A stretch of DNA of 64,000 nt, taken from NCBI GenBank assembly GCA_965178125.1, contig OZ237760.1:744001-808000 (forward strand). The letters are read 5' to 3'. Origin of the DNA: Bilabrum cf. latius. Lineage: Eukaryota. The notes beneath the pieces were generated by a model, which made no database searches, was not told the DNA's origin, and saw only the letters and a program-made list of their open reading frames with translations. Positions 1 to 12,684 of this stretch are shown here, piece after piece (the first letter of the stretch is position 1; the number at the start of each line of letters is the position of its first letter). A program made the position numbers and the translations under genes.

Positions 1-2972
1 CGTGACTTCCATGTAAAAAATTCAAGATGATCTGTCAGTCCTTGGCTCTTCCACCCCGAATGGAGGCGATTGACTGGAGAGCAGACGCAGTTCGATGAGA
101 GGACTCAGCATCTGGTTGGATCGCCTTTTGGTTCCCCCTGCATCCCGAGCTATCCCGGCTCCCAAGACACAAGCGCTCCTCGACCACCTCACGACCAGGC
201 CGCACCTTTCCCAAGCCGAGTCACAGGGAACATTAACTCCCATGCATCCAATCACCCCAGTCAAACATACATCACGAAAACTCACCCAGTCCTTGGCATT
301 CGCATTGGCCCCAGCTGCCACAAGCGCACCCACCACGTCGGCATTGGCTGCCAAGTGCAGCGGTGTGCGCTTGTCCTGTGAGGAAGGAAAGCGAGGGACG
401 GCAAGGGAGAAGGGAAGGGATAGCCAGGGAAGGCCAAAAATGGGGGACAGCGAACGGAAGTCACAACCAGAGCATCGGCGCCGCGCAATCCACCCATGGA
501 CTGGCCTCTGGCCCCCACAGGTCCCGCTGCACCCACTCGCCCAAGCACCCAGCCAACACTGGCACCATTCCAGCATATGCAACCCCAATCACAAATCACA
601 TCCCACAACCAAATTACCAGACTACACATTCAGGAATCCAGGACTGCGGCAAGGCCGCCCGGCGGTCATCATCGCAAGCTTAGCGCAGTCGGCTGAAGTC
701 GGTAGATCGCGACTGTTGCATTGTGTGCATAATGCGCCCATCGGTCGACACTCGATGAGAGGACTCAGCATCTGGTTGGATCGCCTTTTGGTTCCCCCTG
801 CATCCCGAGCTATCCCGGCTCCCAAGACACAAGCGCTCCTCGACCACCTCATGACCAGGCCGCACCTTTCCCAAGCCGAGTCACAGGGAACATTAACTCC
901 CATGCATCCAATCATCCCAGTCAAACATACATCACATCAACTCACCTAGTTCTCGGCATTCACATTGGCCCCCGCTGCCACAAGCGCACCCACCACGTCG
1001 GCGTGGCCACTTTCGGCTACCATGTGCAGCAGGGTGTACTGGCCCTGTGAGGAAGGAAAGCGAGGGACGGCAAGGGAGAAGGGATGGGAAGGCATGGCAA
1101 TGGAAGGCCAAAAAGGGGGGACAGCTAACGAAAGTCACAACCAGAGCATCGGCGCCGCGCAATCCACCCATGGACTGGCCTCTGGCCCCCACAGGTCCCG
1201 CTGCACCCACTCGCCCTAGCACCAAGCCGGCATTGGCACCGTTCCAACATATCCAACCCCAATCACAAATCACATCCCACAACCAAATTACCAGACCAGT
1301 CCATCCAGCCATGCAGGACTGCGGCAAGGCCACGCCCGGCGGTCATCATCGCAAGCTGGGCGAACCGCAGTCGGCTGAAGTCGGTAGATCGCAAATGTCG
1401 GAGATTGTGTGCATAATGCGCCCATCGGACGCAGCTCGATGAGAGGACTCAGCATCTGGTTGGATCGCCTTTTGGTTCCCCCTGCATCCCGAGCTATCCC
1501 GGCCCCCAAGACACAAGCGCTCCTCGACCACCGCACAAGAACTCACCCAGCCCTCACCATTCACATTGGCCCCCGCTGCCACAAGCGCACCCACCACGTC
1601 GGCGTGGCCCTTTTCGGCTGCCATATGAAGCGGTGTGCGCTGGCCCTGTGAGCAAGGAAAGCGAGGGACGGCAAGGGAGAAGGGATGGGAAGGCATGGCA
1701 ACGGAAGGCCAAAAAGGGGGGACAGCTAACGAAAGTCACAACCAGAGCATCGGCGCCGCGCAATCCACCCATGGACTGGCCTCTGGCCCCCACAGGTCCC
1801 GCTGCACCCACTCGCCCTAGCACCAAGCCAACACGGGCACCATTCCAACATATCCAACCCCAATCCCATATACAAATACACAATCATATCCGCGACCAGA
1901 CCATCCAGCTATCCATCCGGGACTGCGGCAAGGCCACACCCGGCGGGCATGGTCGCAAGCTTAGCGCAGTCGGCTGAAGTCGGTAGATCGCGACTGTCGG
2001 ATTGTCTGCAACTTGCGCCCAGCGGACACTCCTCGTCTGCTACCTGCAACCAACTGCGCTCTGCCTCTATTGATGCAGAAGATCATCACCTAGATCTAGT
2101 CGCCGGAAGGAGGATTCCTCGCGCAAAGACACACCCCGCTACATGAACCAGCTGAATATCCACACGAAACGTGAGACAATACAAACTATGGGCACATCAC
2201 AAGCAGGCACCATGCATCCAAAACCTGCTACAACCGATCTAGTGGCCCGTGATGGGCCCCTGGAGAGTGCTTTCACGTCGCCAAGAAGAAGGGCAACGAC
2301 ATTTGGAGCCCGATTTGCATGCGTGATAGACATGAATCACATATTGTATGTATGGACTCACGTCATTTTGGGCATCGACTGCTCCCCCAGCCTCCAGCAG
2401 CGGCACGATGCACGCCTTGTGTCCGTTGTGGCTCGCCCAATGCAGCGGGGTCCATTTCTTGCTGCCACTAGGGCCCTGCGATCCAAGCAACGGCGCACAC
2501 TTAAATATCACTACGCCGTGGCTTGTGGTTGGGCCAGTGGAGGGAAATAGCCACGCACTCCGGATTGGTGGCGGATAGTGACCAACGGCAACCCATGATT
2601 CTGGCCGATACCATCCCTTTCAACACCCCAGTTTGCCAGTTGATATCCATTTTTTCTAGAATATCTCCTAACGTGCGTGCACACTCACGTCTCCTGTCAC
2701 GTTTGCGCTCGTCCCAGATGCCAGCGCCGACTGCAGCGCCTCCAATTGGCCGTTCTTGGCCGCTTCAAGAAGGGCAGCTGACCTGCAGAAGGTGGAAACT
2801 GACATAAATACCATTTCGCTTACTTCTGGTGAAGCTAAAACAGCAATCATCCTACACATTCGGAACAAAGCCATCGAGCAATCCAGACACAAAGTACACA
2901 CGAAGTCTTAAATGCGTTCCCTAACTATCCATCAAGGAGAAGATATGCATAGAACAGTACATGTGCTTACAT
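1..2972 (-). CDS. Ankyrin-repeat protein, one repeat per exon; 3' end runs off the window start
   Basis: Exons: 2972-2971 (AT|gtaagc, start codon split by an intron), 2782-2689 (SAALLEAAKNGQLEALQSALASGTSANVTGD), 2475-2362 (KWTPLHWASHNGHKACIVPLLEAGG), 1645-1547, 1044-946 and 375-286 (TPLH...DVVGALVAAGANxNA). All are bounded by cag / gtgagt. Exon 1044-946 ends in an in-frame TAG. Confidence 0.8.
92..2000. repeat. Tandem exon+intron duplication units, about 660-680 bp, 3 copies
   Basis: TCGATGAGAGGACTCAGCATCTGG recurs at 92, 752 and 1436. Intron sequences are near-identical and each unit carries one ankyrin exon. Confidence 0.9.
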
Positions 2973-3141
2973 GGTCCAATGATGCAGGAGTATGCGCTGT
3001 TGTTGTCAGCTAGTTTGTTGTGTGGAGTAGATCAACCAGACGTCAACACAAAAGATCTAGGCCTATCATCAGAGACGATATATTAACGGGATTCTCAAAC
3101 TACACACTACCCAGGCTAAGATGTCAGAGAGAATATAGATG

Positions 3142-3463
3142 GTCAAAAAGGGGGGACAGCGAACGGAAGTCACAACCAGAGCATCGGAGCCGCGCAATCC
3201 ACCCGTAGACGGGCCTCGGACCCCCACACGTTCCGCTGCACCCACTCGCCCCAGCATCAAGCCGGCACGGGCACCATTCCCGCACATCCACCCCCAATCC
3301 CAAAATACAAACACACAATCATATCCGCGACCAGACCAGCCGGCTATCCATCCGGGACTGCGGCAAGGCCGCCTGGTGGTCATGGTCGCAAGCTGGGCGA
3401 AGCGCAGTCGGGTAACTCGATGCCCCCGACTGCCAGTGGGGGGGCGATGCGAGGACTCAGCAT
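3142..3463. repeat. Solo diverged copy of the ankyrin-gene intron repeat, no exon
   Basis: GGGGGACAGCGAACGGAAGTCACAACCAGAGCATCGG...GGACTGCGGCAAGGCCGCC...GAGGACTCAGCAT matches the intron parts of the units at 92-2000. Confidence 0.8.
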
Positions 3464-3466
3464 GAT

Positions 3467-3818
3467 CTAGTCGGCGCGGTATCGGACTGCAATGTCCCTA
3501 GAGGCTCAATTATAAGATGGTTCGTGAGCTACGAGAAAAATATCTGAGACTATCGCGGTTTACCTCTGCAATGCGAGTAGGTCCCCTCCAAAGGTGTCCT
3601 ATCTCAAGAACGCAGCCCATTCACGGATACTGCCTAGAACTGGCTTCCCTCCGCCAAGATCTTGCAATGGTTCGTACTCTACTAGAGTTAGGAGCTGATC
3701 CCCGCCTTGGTGCGCCCGTAACAGCGGCTATCCCAAAGAGCTACCACCGAGGTGCTCGATGGACGGCCTGCGTGATTCCCGGGGGTAAGCAGCCGCGCTG
3801 GATCACGAAACAGGCAGT
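3467..3818 (+). pseudogene. Inverted partial duplicate (352 bp, about 95% identical) of ankyrin gene segment 14209-14560, including its intron
   Basis: Reverse-complement match with about 17 mismatches counted by eye. Both gene ends are missing. Confidence 0.85.
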
Positions 3819-3976
3819 GTATGAAATTAAGTGGGATCTGGGATGGTCACTTATCAAATCCAATTGAATGGTCCCTAGTCCGTTTGGACCTTGATCAATG
3901 ATCACCTGGTGCATCCATACGCCCGCGGTTTCGAGTCGCGAAGACGGAACAGCACCCTCGAGTATGCTACGTAGGC

Positions 3977-5866
3977 TCACGAGTGCTCCACGGGCCGCCC
4001 CAGCTGCGGCAGCGCCGCCCCACCCTATACTCGGCGTCTCGCCGCCGCATCAAGTACCCTCATCAGCACGGCCGGCTCCGCCCTCGACAGCTCGCGCGCC
4101 AGCTGGGCCGCAAGCACCACGCACTGCCGCTCCTCGTCTCCGAGGCCCTCGTCCGGGAGCACCTGCAGCTGTGACGAGTGTGCCTCACCGTCGCCACCTG
4201 CGGCGGCGGCGGTGGCAGCGCCTCTGCCGCTGCCGGTCAGGACCGAATCGGTGGGGTCCCCTGCAGCTGTGGAGGCGGCGCTGGATCTTGCGCCCCCGCC
4301 GCGGGGCGGGGTAGAGACCCCCGACCCCCCCCTTGTCCCCCCGCGGCCCTCCAGATGGGCACCGTCCCCGCCGATCAGCATGAAGCCAGACGCTCGCAGG
4401 TCTTCCACAGAGGCCATGCCATCGCTCCCAATCGATCCGCTGCCCTTCGCCCCTGCTCCCGCACCGGCACCAGCATCACCGACGCTGCCGCTGCCACCGG
4501 AAGCCTCCCTGCTAGCCCGCTCTAGATCGCTCACAGACACGGCCAGCGACACCCCGGGCGCGGCTGCGGCTGCCCGGCCTCGGGGGGAGGAGGACGTGTC
4601 TGCGCGGCGCCAGGCGCGTTCCGCACGGGAGCGTGCGTCGGTCAGGACACGCGCTCGGGCGAGCCAGGGAACAATTGAACCACGGGTAGATCGCTCGTTC
4701 CGCAGGAGTGCGCGGCGCCCGGGCACGGCTTGGGAGGCCGCAAGCAGCACGCGGAGGGCGGGCTGCGCGGTGCCTGGTTCCGCAGCGGGGCCCGTGGCAG
4801 TCGTCAGCCAGACAGCTAGCGGCGCCGCGCCTTCCCCTAGTTCCGCACAGAGGGTCGCTAGCGCGGCCTGGGCCACCACGGAGCGCTCGCCGCCGGTGGT
4901 TGCCGGTGCCGTGAGCGTGACTGCGACATTGCAGGCCAGGGCGAGCGCTCGGCGCCTGAGCTCGTCCGAAGCACCTGCTCGGGTGGCAACCGAGCATGCC
5001 TGAGCAAATGCCCCCCTCTGCAGCAACTTGGTCGCCGGGTTCTTCCGAAGGGCGAGGTTCCCGAGGCAGTGGAGCGAAGGGAGCAGCGGGTCGTGCTCGC
5101 CCAGAGCAGGTGCGCCGCCTTCGCCCTGTTGCTCGGCTGCCGTGCGGAGCGGGTCTTGCAAGACGTCGAGCGGACCGACGGACCGCTACGACTGCGATTG
5201 GCGCTGCAAGTCGAGAATGAGGTCTGACGCAGGGGCGTCGGAGCAGTAGTTCCGGATGCACTGCAGCAATAGCGGCGCCTCGGCTGGTGAGTGCCCATGC
5301 GGGCCCGATCGCGCAGATACACCGGCGAGCCGAAGGAGAAGCGCCTCAAAACCTCCAAGCCGGGTCATTTCCATTCTTAGAGCTTTGTGGGAAGCGTGCC
5401 GGAGGGCAGCTTTGGCGGCAGCAGCTTGGATATCGTCTACATCCGAATGAAGACCGGCTATCACGTGCATCACGCTGGCCCCTCGACCGCCCCCATCGAA
5501 GAATACGGTTCGCAATTCAGTTTCGCTGAGACCGGGTGCATGATGCGACCCCCGTTGGCTTTCGTGGCCTGGCACTGGGTCCTCCGGGTGGTCTGACGGC
5601 GCTCTCACGGAAGGGTCCAATTCCCCGCCATCTGATCTGCTATCTCCGACTGGGTCTGACGCATCGTCTTCTATCGGCCTAGAAGCGCTGCCAAGCAAGC
5701 TTTGAAGTACATCGAAACCAAATCCGAATCTAGCAACCGCGTAGGCAGTCACGATTGCAGCTCCCCCCGCACCCAGCGCCCACAGGAGGGACGACTGGGC
5801 CGGACCTTCGTCTTGCTTAGAAGTCTGGGCGTCCTACTAGCGCCGTCTTCGGACCGTGCGAGGCAT
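3977..5866 (-). CDS. Protein with an N-terminal transmembrane segment and armadillo-like helical repeats
   Basis: ATG 5866 MPRTVRRRR**DAQ..., hydrophobic LLWALGAGGAAIVTAYAVARFGFGF, ARM-like LHCLGNLALRK. One frame through TAGs at 5837, 5834, 5186 and 4025 to TGA 3977. Confidence 0.6.
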
Positions 5867-5991
5867 CCTCTCGGGTATTTGGTGGTCATCTTCGTCGCTT
5901 GGTCGCATCTCACGGAGGCGCCGCGCGACTTCACGGGCCGGTTCCGCTTGCAGCCACATGTGCTCGCCTCACCTTTGACCGCTCCTACACG

Positions 5992-6966
5992 ATGCGATTC
6001 CCTGAGCTCATTCATATACTTGCTGCAATATGCATTGTGTCAGGGATTGCTCAGCGATTTGACGACGATAGTACTGAACAGGCTCTGAGTGCCCGGAGCC
6101 TTTCGCCGTTGCAAATAATCAAGTGGGAAGATCACTCCACAACACTAGCCGTAGTGTTCGTTCACGAAAAGGGACAGAAGTCTGATTTTATGCGTGCTGT
6201 CGCAGATTTGGCATCCATCGAGGTGGCCTCAGCCGGGGTTGCAGTAGCAGTCGGCACCGTCGATGTCCACGAATACCCAGATGCTATGCACAGGTTCGGA
6301 CTAAAAGAGGTGCCAGCCGTGCATATATACCCGTCTGGGTTGGGGGCAAAGTTCCCCATTGTGGTTCCGTACGCGGACCCGTTGCCGGCGCAGCACTACG
6401 TCGACAGGATCATGCGGCTGCACTCGCTCGCCTCGGACAGCAACGGAGACTGCGACGACATCGTTGGCGTGATTGCAGATGTAGTGCATGCCTCTGATTA
6501 TGAGGGCACCAATTTGATTGACATTCACGCGTCCGGTGCGGCAAATGCAACAGATGCCGCGCACCGAACCCAGAGTCCTCCGCGGCGATTCTCATCAGCC
6601 AGTCTGGCAGATGCCGGAGTCACACTTGTCGAAGGGAGAATCAAAGGCCTTCAGGCCCGCATTCGGCGGATGGAGGTTCTTAGGGCTGCAATCAAGCTCA
6701 TAAAGGAGGCAGGGCCGGGAAGCCTCGCGAGCGAGGTCTCCGAAAGGCAGCAGGCCATGCTTAGCTCGGGAACGTATGCTAGCTAGGCTAATTCAGAGTA
6801 GAGAGACATGCTTCTTCTGGAAACGGCCATTCTGCGCAGGGCGATGCAGGCAGCTCTGGACCCGAGCAGCCCGCAGCGGTTGGCAGCGGCCGCACGCGCA
6901 TAGCGAGTAGCCGCAGATTTGCCAGCAGAAGAGGGCGAAATGGGGGGTATGGTTGACGAAACTTGA
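5992..6966 (+). CDS. Secreted/ER thioredoxin-fold protein without CxxC, with an ERp29-like helical C-terminus
   Basis: Signal peptide MRFPELIHILAAICIVSGIA and thioredoxin-like VAVGTVDVHEYPDAMHRFGLKEVPAVHIYP. Reads through TAG 6784, 6799 and 6901 to TGA 6964-6966. Confidence 0.6.
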
Positions 6967-7127
6967 ATTTGGTCCGAGCAATACGACCTTAGGTGTGCGC
7001 GATCTAGTGTGTGCCGGAACCCGGGCAAGTGTTTGTCCTAAAGCAGACAGCCATTCGTAAACTGCACGCTACATGCTTCGCAACCGGTGGCGCCACCTGA
7101 CATTCGCTCTCTTACCGCGCTCTAAGT

Positions 7128-10100
7128 ATGGCTTCTGGAGGTCCACCGCCATTCATGCGATAGGTTGCAGAACTTTGCATCCGTGCGCAGAATGACAAGG
7201 ACGAAATCAGAGAAAAAGGTGAGCGGCTGCGGCCCGAGAATTGACGGGAACTCTGCATGCATCTGCAAGCACACACGCTATTCCAAACACTTCTATCGCA
7301 TGTTTTGCCGCTTCAATTACGCTCTATGCATTTGCTTCCTTTTCACCACTTAAAACGATCGCAGCTATCGCTGATCTCCAGGGAATGCAGACTACGCAGC
7401 CAGAACTTGCAGCTACACTTCTTCAGCTAGTGGGGGAACCGAAAGCGCCCCAAGCTGCGCGCCTCACTGCAGCGTTTGTGTTCAAAAACTTCATTAGGCG
7501 AAAGTGGCATGTGGTGAGGCAGTTCGCGGCTAAGAATACTCTGCACGGGTGGATTCTAGACAGACAGCACCGCGCACCTGCTGCAACTGGCATCCATTGT
7601 TCCCGAAAACTACTGCCCTCTACGCGAAACAGTACTTTCAGCACCTTATTTCTTTTACCGCAGGATGCCGCCATTCCAGGGCCCCAGCGCGAGATTGTGA
7701 AGCGAGAGATTGTCAACCTCATGACAACATGTCCCGAGCACCTGCGTCGCCAGCTCACCGACTGCATCGCAATCATTGCAAACGTAGACTTTCCCGATCA
7801 GTGGCCGGGTTTCCTCCCCGAGCTATCCTCAAAGATCCGCGCCACGAAGGATTTCGCCGTCGTGGCCGGTCTGCTAGAGGCCGCCAACTCTGCATTCAAG
7901 CGCTTCCGAAACGCAGCGCACACCGACAAGACGCTGGGCCCGCTCAAGGCCGCGGCGGAGCAGTTTGGAGAGCCCCTGCGAGATATCTTCGTGAACCTGG
8001 GGAAGATGCTCTCCACCGTGCCCTCCACTGGCGCGGGCCGGGGCACCGCCAGCCAGCTGGTCGAATGCCTGAGGCTGTGCTGCCGGTGCTTCTTCTCCCT
8101 CAACTGGGTGGATCTGCCGGCCGTGTTTGAGGACAACAAGCACGTGTGGATGGGCGGGTTTAGGCAGATTTTGATGCTCAAGCGCCCGGAGCTGGTGGAT
8201 GACGAGGAGGCCGTGGCGGCTGGCCCCGTGGAGCGGTGCCAGGCCGCCGTCTGCGAGAACCTGGGGCTGTACTGCGAGAAGTACGACGAGGAGTTCGAGG
8301 AGTTCATCAACGGTCTCTCGCAGTGCGTGTTCGGTCTCCTGCAGACGCTGAGCACGCCCAAGCCGCAGGGCGCATCGGAGTTCACGCTGTTCGGGGTGGA
8401 CCGCATGCTGGCGCGCAAGTACGACGGGCTCGTGTCGCAGGCCATGCAGTTTTTGGAGCGGGGCGCCCGCAAGCGGTCCCACGACCACCTCTTCAAGGAC
8501 GACAAGGTGCTCGCCAGCCTGGTCAAGCAGGTGATCGTGCCCAACCTGTACGCGAGGGAGTCGGACAAGGAGACGTACGAGGACGACCCCATCGATTACA
8601 TCCGCAGGGAAATCGACGGCTCCGACACAGACTCGAGGAGGCGGTCTGCGACCAACCTGCTGCGTGCGCTGGCAGAGCGCTCGCCGGAGAAGGTGGGCAT
8701 GTTCTGCCAGCAGACGGCCAAGCAGCTTCTGGGCAAGTATGCCGCCAGCCCAGCCAAGGAGTGGCGCAGCAAGGAGGCTGCCCTGGTCCTGACCCAGGCC
8801 ATTTGCGCCAGGGGGTACACCCGCAATCTCGGGGCCACCACCCTGCACGACTCGATCGATCTGGGTGCCTTTGTCAAGACGCACGTGCTGCCGGAGCTCC
8901 AGCACTGCAAGCCCGGTGCCAGTCCCCCGGCCGGGATCGCCAGCGTGACTGACGCCCCCATGCTCAAGGCCACCTGCATCAAGTTTGCGACCTTTTTCCG
9001 CTGGATGTACTCGGGGGAACAAATGGTCGGTCTGCTGGGAGTGATCGCACCCGTGATCGCCGCTCCCGACATGGTGCTCCACACCTTCGCCGCGGACTGC
9101 ATAGAGCGGTTCCTGACTGTCAAGGCCCTTCCCAAGGGCGAGACCGCGGAGGCAGTTAAGGGGCCCAAGGCACCGCCCACAGGCAGCGGGACAGACGACG
9201 CTCTGGCCAGGGCGGCCAGGGCGCTCACGGGCGCGGCTCGCATCCAGCGCATCTACAAGAGCGTGTCTCAGCCTAGGGTCCCCAGGGACTTTGTGGTCAG
9301 CCGACTGCTCCGGCCTGTGCTGACCAACCTCTACGCCAAGATGGACAGCCCGACGCTGGGGAACAACGAGTTTCTGGGGCGGTGCCTCATGCGCCTCGTG
9401 TCTTTCTGCGGTCCCGCGGCGGCCCCCGCGCTCCCCGAGGTGTGCAAGCGGTGCATCGGGGTGATCATGCGGGTGTACAAGGAGCCCTCCAACCCCTAGT
9501 ACTACCACTACCTGTTCGAGGCGATGGCCATCTCGTGCAGGCACGCCGTGGCAGCGGCCAAGGCAAAGGCGGGTGACGATCCTGCGGCCGCTGCGGCCGG
9601 GATCCGCGCCGCCACCGGTGAGCTGGAGAAGGTGCTGTTCCCTCACTTTTAGACCCTGATCAAGGAGGACATCCTGGATTTCCACCCTTACATCTACCAG
9701 ATCATGGCCCAGGTCCTCGACCTGTACCCCGCCCCTGCCTCGGGGCAGCACAGCATCTCGAGCGGGTTCGCGAGCTTCCTGCCCATCTTGCTGCAGCCAA
9801 AGAGGTACGAGGAACCCGGGAACGTGAGGGCGATCGTGGTGCTGCTGCGGGCCTACCTGCGCAAGGGCAGCAAGTTCATCGTGGATCAGGGCAGGCTGCA
9901 GCACGTGCTGGGCGTGGGCCAGAGCCTGCTCGGCCGCAGGAGGCACAAGCTGCCCCCCGACGGGTACAAGCTGTTCAGCGCAATCGTGGAGGAGGTCCCT
10001 GTGGCTCAGCTTCAGCCGCTCATGCCCACCCTCCTGCAGATCCTCATCAAGAACCTCAAGGCTCACCAGAAGACGCAGAACCTCAGGTTGTTCCTCAGGC

Positions 10101-10672
10101 TGCTTGGCCTCATCGCTGGCAAGCACGGAGGCATGGCCCTTGTCGGGTCACTCGAGGCCGCGCAGAAGGGCTGCACGCCGGACATCCTGTCCAGCCTTGT
10201 GGCGCCACACGCCAACAAGGTGCTGGGCCGGCTGAACCGCAAAGTGGTCACGGTGGGGTACACGCGGGTTCTGCAGGATGCCGCCGGATTCTTGCTCCAG
10301 AGCGATGCGGGCAAGAAGGCGTGGCGGGGCCTGTTCACGGGTGTGGTGCAGCTGCTGGAGGCGCCCCAGGACGAGAGCGAGTTCGGTGAGGGGCAGGAGC
10401 AGGACGCTGCCATGGCCTTTGCCTCCGAGGTGCAGGCGGTCGAGCACAGGGACGAGGTAAGGTACAACCGGCTGGCCATGGCCGCGTCCTCCGGTGAGAA
10501 GGACCCCTTCAAGGCGGTCAAGGACACGAGGCTGCAGTTCGTGCAGTCTATGGCCACCCTGCTGGGGTCGGAGGCGGGGGCGGCCGCGCGGCCCCTGGTC
10601 GCCTCTTAGCCCGAAAAGGTGGTGCAGGCATGCATGGCATACCAGAAGAAGGCAGGGGTGAAGCTGCTATGA
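7128..10672 (+). CDS. CSE1: Exportin-2 / CSE1 (importin-alpha export receptor)
   Basis: Exons 7128-7218, 7365-7513 and 7664-10672. Motifs FKNFIRRKW, IANVDFPDQWP, YEDDPIDYIRREIDGSDTDSRRRSA, NP*YYHYLFE, LFPHF*TLIKEDILDFHPYIYQ. In-frame TAG at 7161, 9497, 9650 and 10607; TGA stop. Confidence 0.95.
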
Positions 10673-10787
10673 TGTGCCGGAGGACTGCGGACAGCTTTGG
10701 GTGAAGTGGGAGCAAGTTTAGAATTTGCGGCTGTGTTGAAGCGCAACGGTGGTGGTGCTAGCTTCAGCGTTGCGCGTTGCGCGTTGC

Positions 10788-10829
10788 GCTTTGGCTTTGG
10801 CTTTGGCTTTGGCTTTGGCTTTGGCTTTG
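10788..10829. repeat. (GCTTTG)n microsatellite between convergent genes
   Basis: About 7 hexamer copies. Confidence 0.85.
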
Positions 10830-10884
10830 AAAAGAGGTAAGCTTTGTTTTGGGCAAATCAATACATGGTTTGCAGCGCTGCAAT

Positions 10885-12543
10885 TCACCCCATCGCCTCC
10901 TCCAGCAGCTTCACGCACTCCTCATGCCCGCCCAATCGAGCCGCCTCCAAAGCGGTCACCTCGTCTCCCGCCCCGTCCACCTTGCCCCGTACCACCAGCG
11001 CGCCCGCCAGCTTGCCCAGCCTGAGCCTCCTGGCCAGCTCCAGAGGCCTGCCCTCGCTGGCCGCCGCCCACGCCAGGCCCCTGTCCTGCAGGCCCCGGCC
11101 CGCGTGCCTCCACCGCACGACTGCCCTCGCCCTCCCAGGCACCGCTGCCGCCATCCCTGCCTCCCATCCCTCGAGGGCTTCCTTCTTTCTAGTGCCCGAC
11201 AGAATCCGCTGCAGTTTTCGGTGGATGGCCAGGGCCACTGCGGAACTAGGGGCGCCGCGCCCGCACCCCGTGATGACGGTGTGCCAGAGGACCATGGCAG
11301 CCTGTACGGGCATGGGGCCTAACAGCTCGGACGCCTCGCGAAGCGCGGCGCCTTCTGCGGAACCGTCCTCCATGCGCTTGACGTAGACGATAGCCTCCTC
11401 CTCGGTCATTTTCTCGTCGCCATAGTAGCGGGCCACGAAGCATAGTCGCCTGATGTTGAGGTCCAGTCTGTCCTTGACGGCGTGCCGGTCGAATATCTCA
11501 AAGCTGGCTGACCACGGCAATTTGTACTTGTGGTCCATGACAAGTGCTCGGGCGAGCACCTCTGGCAGGTTGTAGGACACCGGGCTCTGCCGCGTAAGCA
11601 GGAGAGCAACTGCCTGCAGGCAGGGTCGCAAGCACAGCAGGCAGTCAAACTTGTGCATGGACTCGCTCGCGTACTTGCTGACGCATGGGTTCGCACCGTG
11701 GTCGATCAGGTAACTTAGGTAGGCAAGCGTCTTGGGCCCGGATCCCTCGGCCCAGTACCGCGCATTTCTGCAGGCGTAGTGCAGCAAGGACCAGCCCCCC
11801 GACGACAGGGCGTTGATGTCAGCCCCTACATCGAGCAGCAGGTCCAGCTCGGGCTGGAGGTAAGAGGAGCAGCAGCAGTGAATTGGAGGTGAGCCGCCCT
11901 GTGAAGTCAAAGGGAAATATGTTTCTTAGTTTCGAGACACCTGCTGTGCGTAGTAGTGTGACACACGCCACTACAGAATACGAGACGAGCTCACCCAAGC
12001 GGGCTTCCCGGGATTTGCACCAGCCTTAATTAACAGATCGATCACTTCCTAGCGTCTTGCACTCTCCTTAATCGGGCTCTCGACCCCGCAGCAAGCAGCT
12101 ACAGACTCGAAAGCCGGGAACAGTAGGGGGTTGTACAGTGCAGCATGAATAGGGTATCCTGAACTCGGATTTGCGCCGAGATCTAAAAGTAAGGCTACCA
12201 TGTCTCTTTCCATGCAATTCGCAGCGATCTCCAGGGGCTCGGACAGCTGAAACCGCTCAGGATCGGTGGACTCTAGCTTCGCTCCTGCAGCATGAAGAAG
12301 ACGTACAAGTGAGGCTTTTCCAGCTCTTACAGCAATTCCAATAAGACTGATAGTGACACGACTATCATTCGGCGACCCGCGAAGGCTCATTTCGACAGGG
12401 TTTCCGAGAGCGAGGTAGCTCTACAAGGCCTGTTCCTGGTGCGCCTCGTCCGCATGATACAGCTGGTTCCAAGCTGCCGGAAATGGCTTCGGTAGAGAGT
12501 CTGCCGGAGAAAAATGGTGTGTAGGAGCGAAATTGCATTCCAT
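10885..12543 (-). CDS. Ankyrin-repeat protein (paralog B)
   Basis: ATG 12543, intron 11994-11899. Repeats ALLLDLGANP, R*EVIDLLIKAGANP, LLLDVGADINA, YLIDHGANP and terminal TALEAARLGGHEECVKLL. TAG at 12421 and 12049; TGA 10885. Confidence 0.75.
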
Positions 12544-12684
12544 TCGCGAGTGTGCAGCCTGGCACTGAAGCTAGTTGTTCCAGTCTCGGTGTGACCCACA
12601 CGAAACCCGGAGCCACGCAGCACACGAGACAAGTGTTCGGTTGGGAGCACGCCCACCCGGTTTTTGGGCTCGCCGCCCTCCAGA

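Noticed and set aside
92-3463. Intron repeat as a transposon or introner
   Set aside because: No terminal inverted repeats or target duplication are evident, and most copies travel with their exon. Segmental duplication suffices.
7123-7131. Identical TAAGTATGG start context in CSE1 and PSMA7
   Set aside because: Only two cases, and other starts do not share it.
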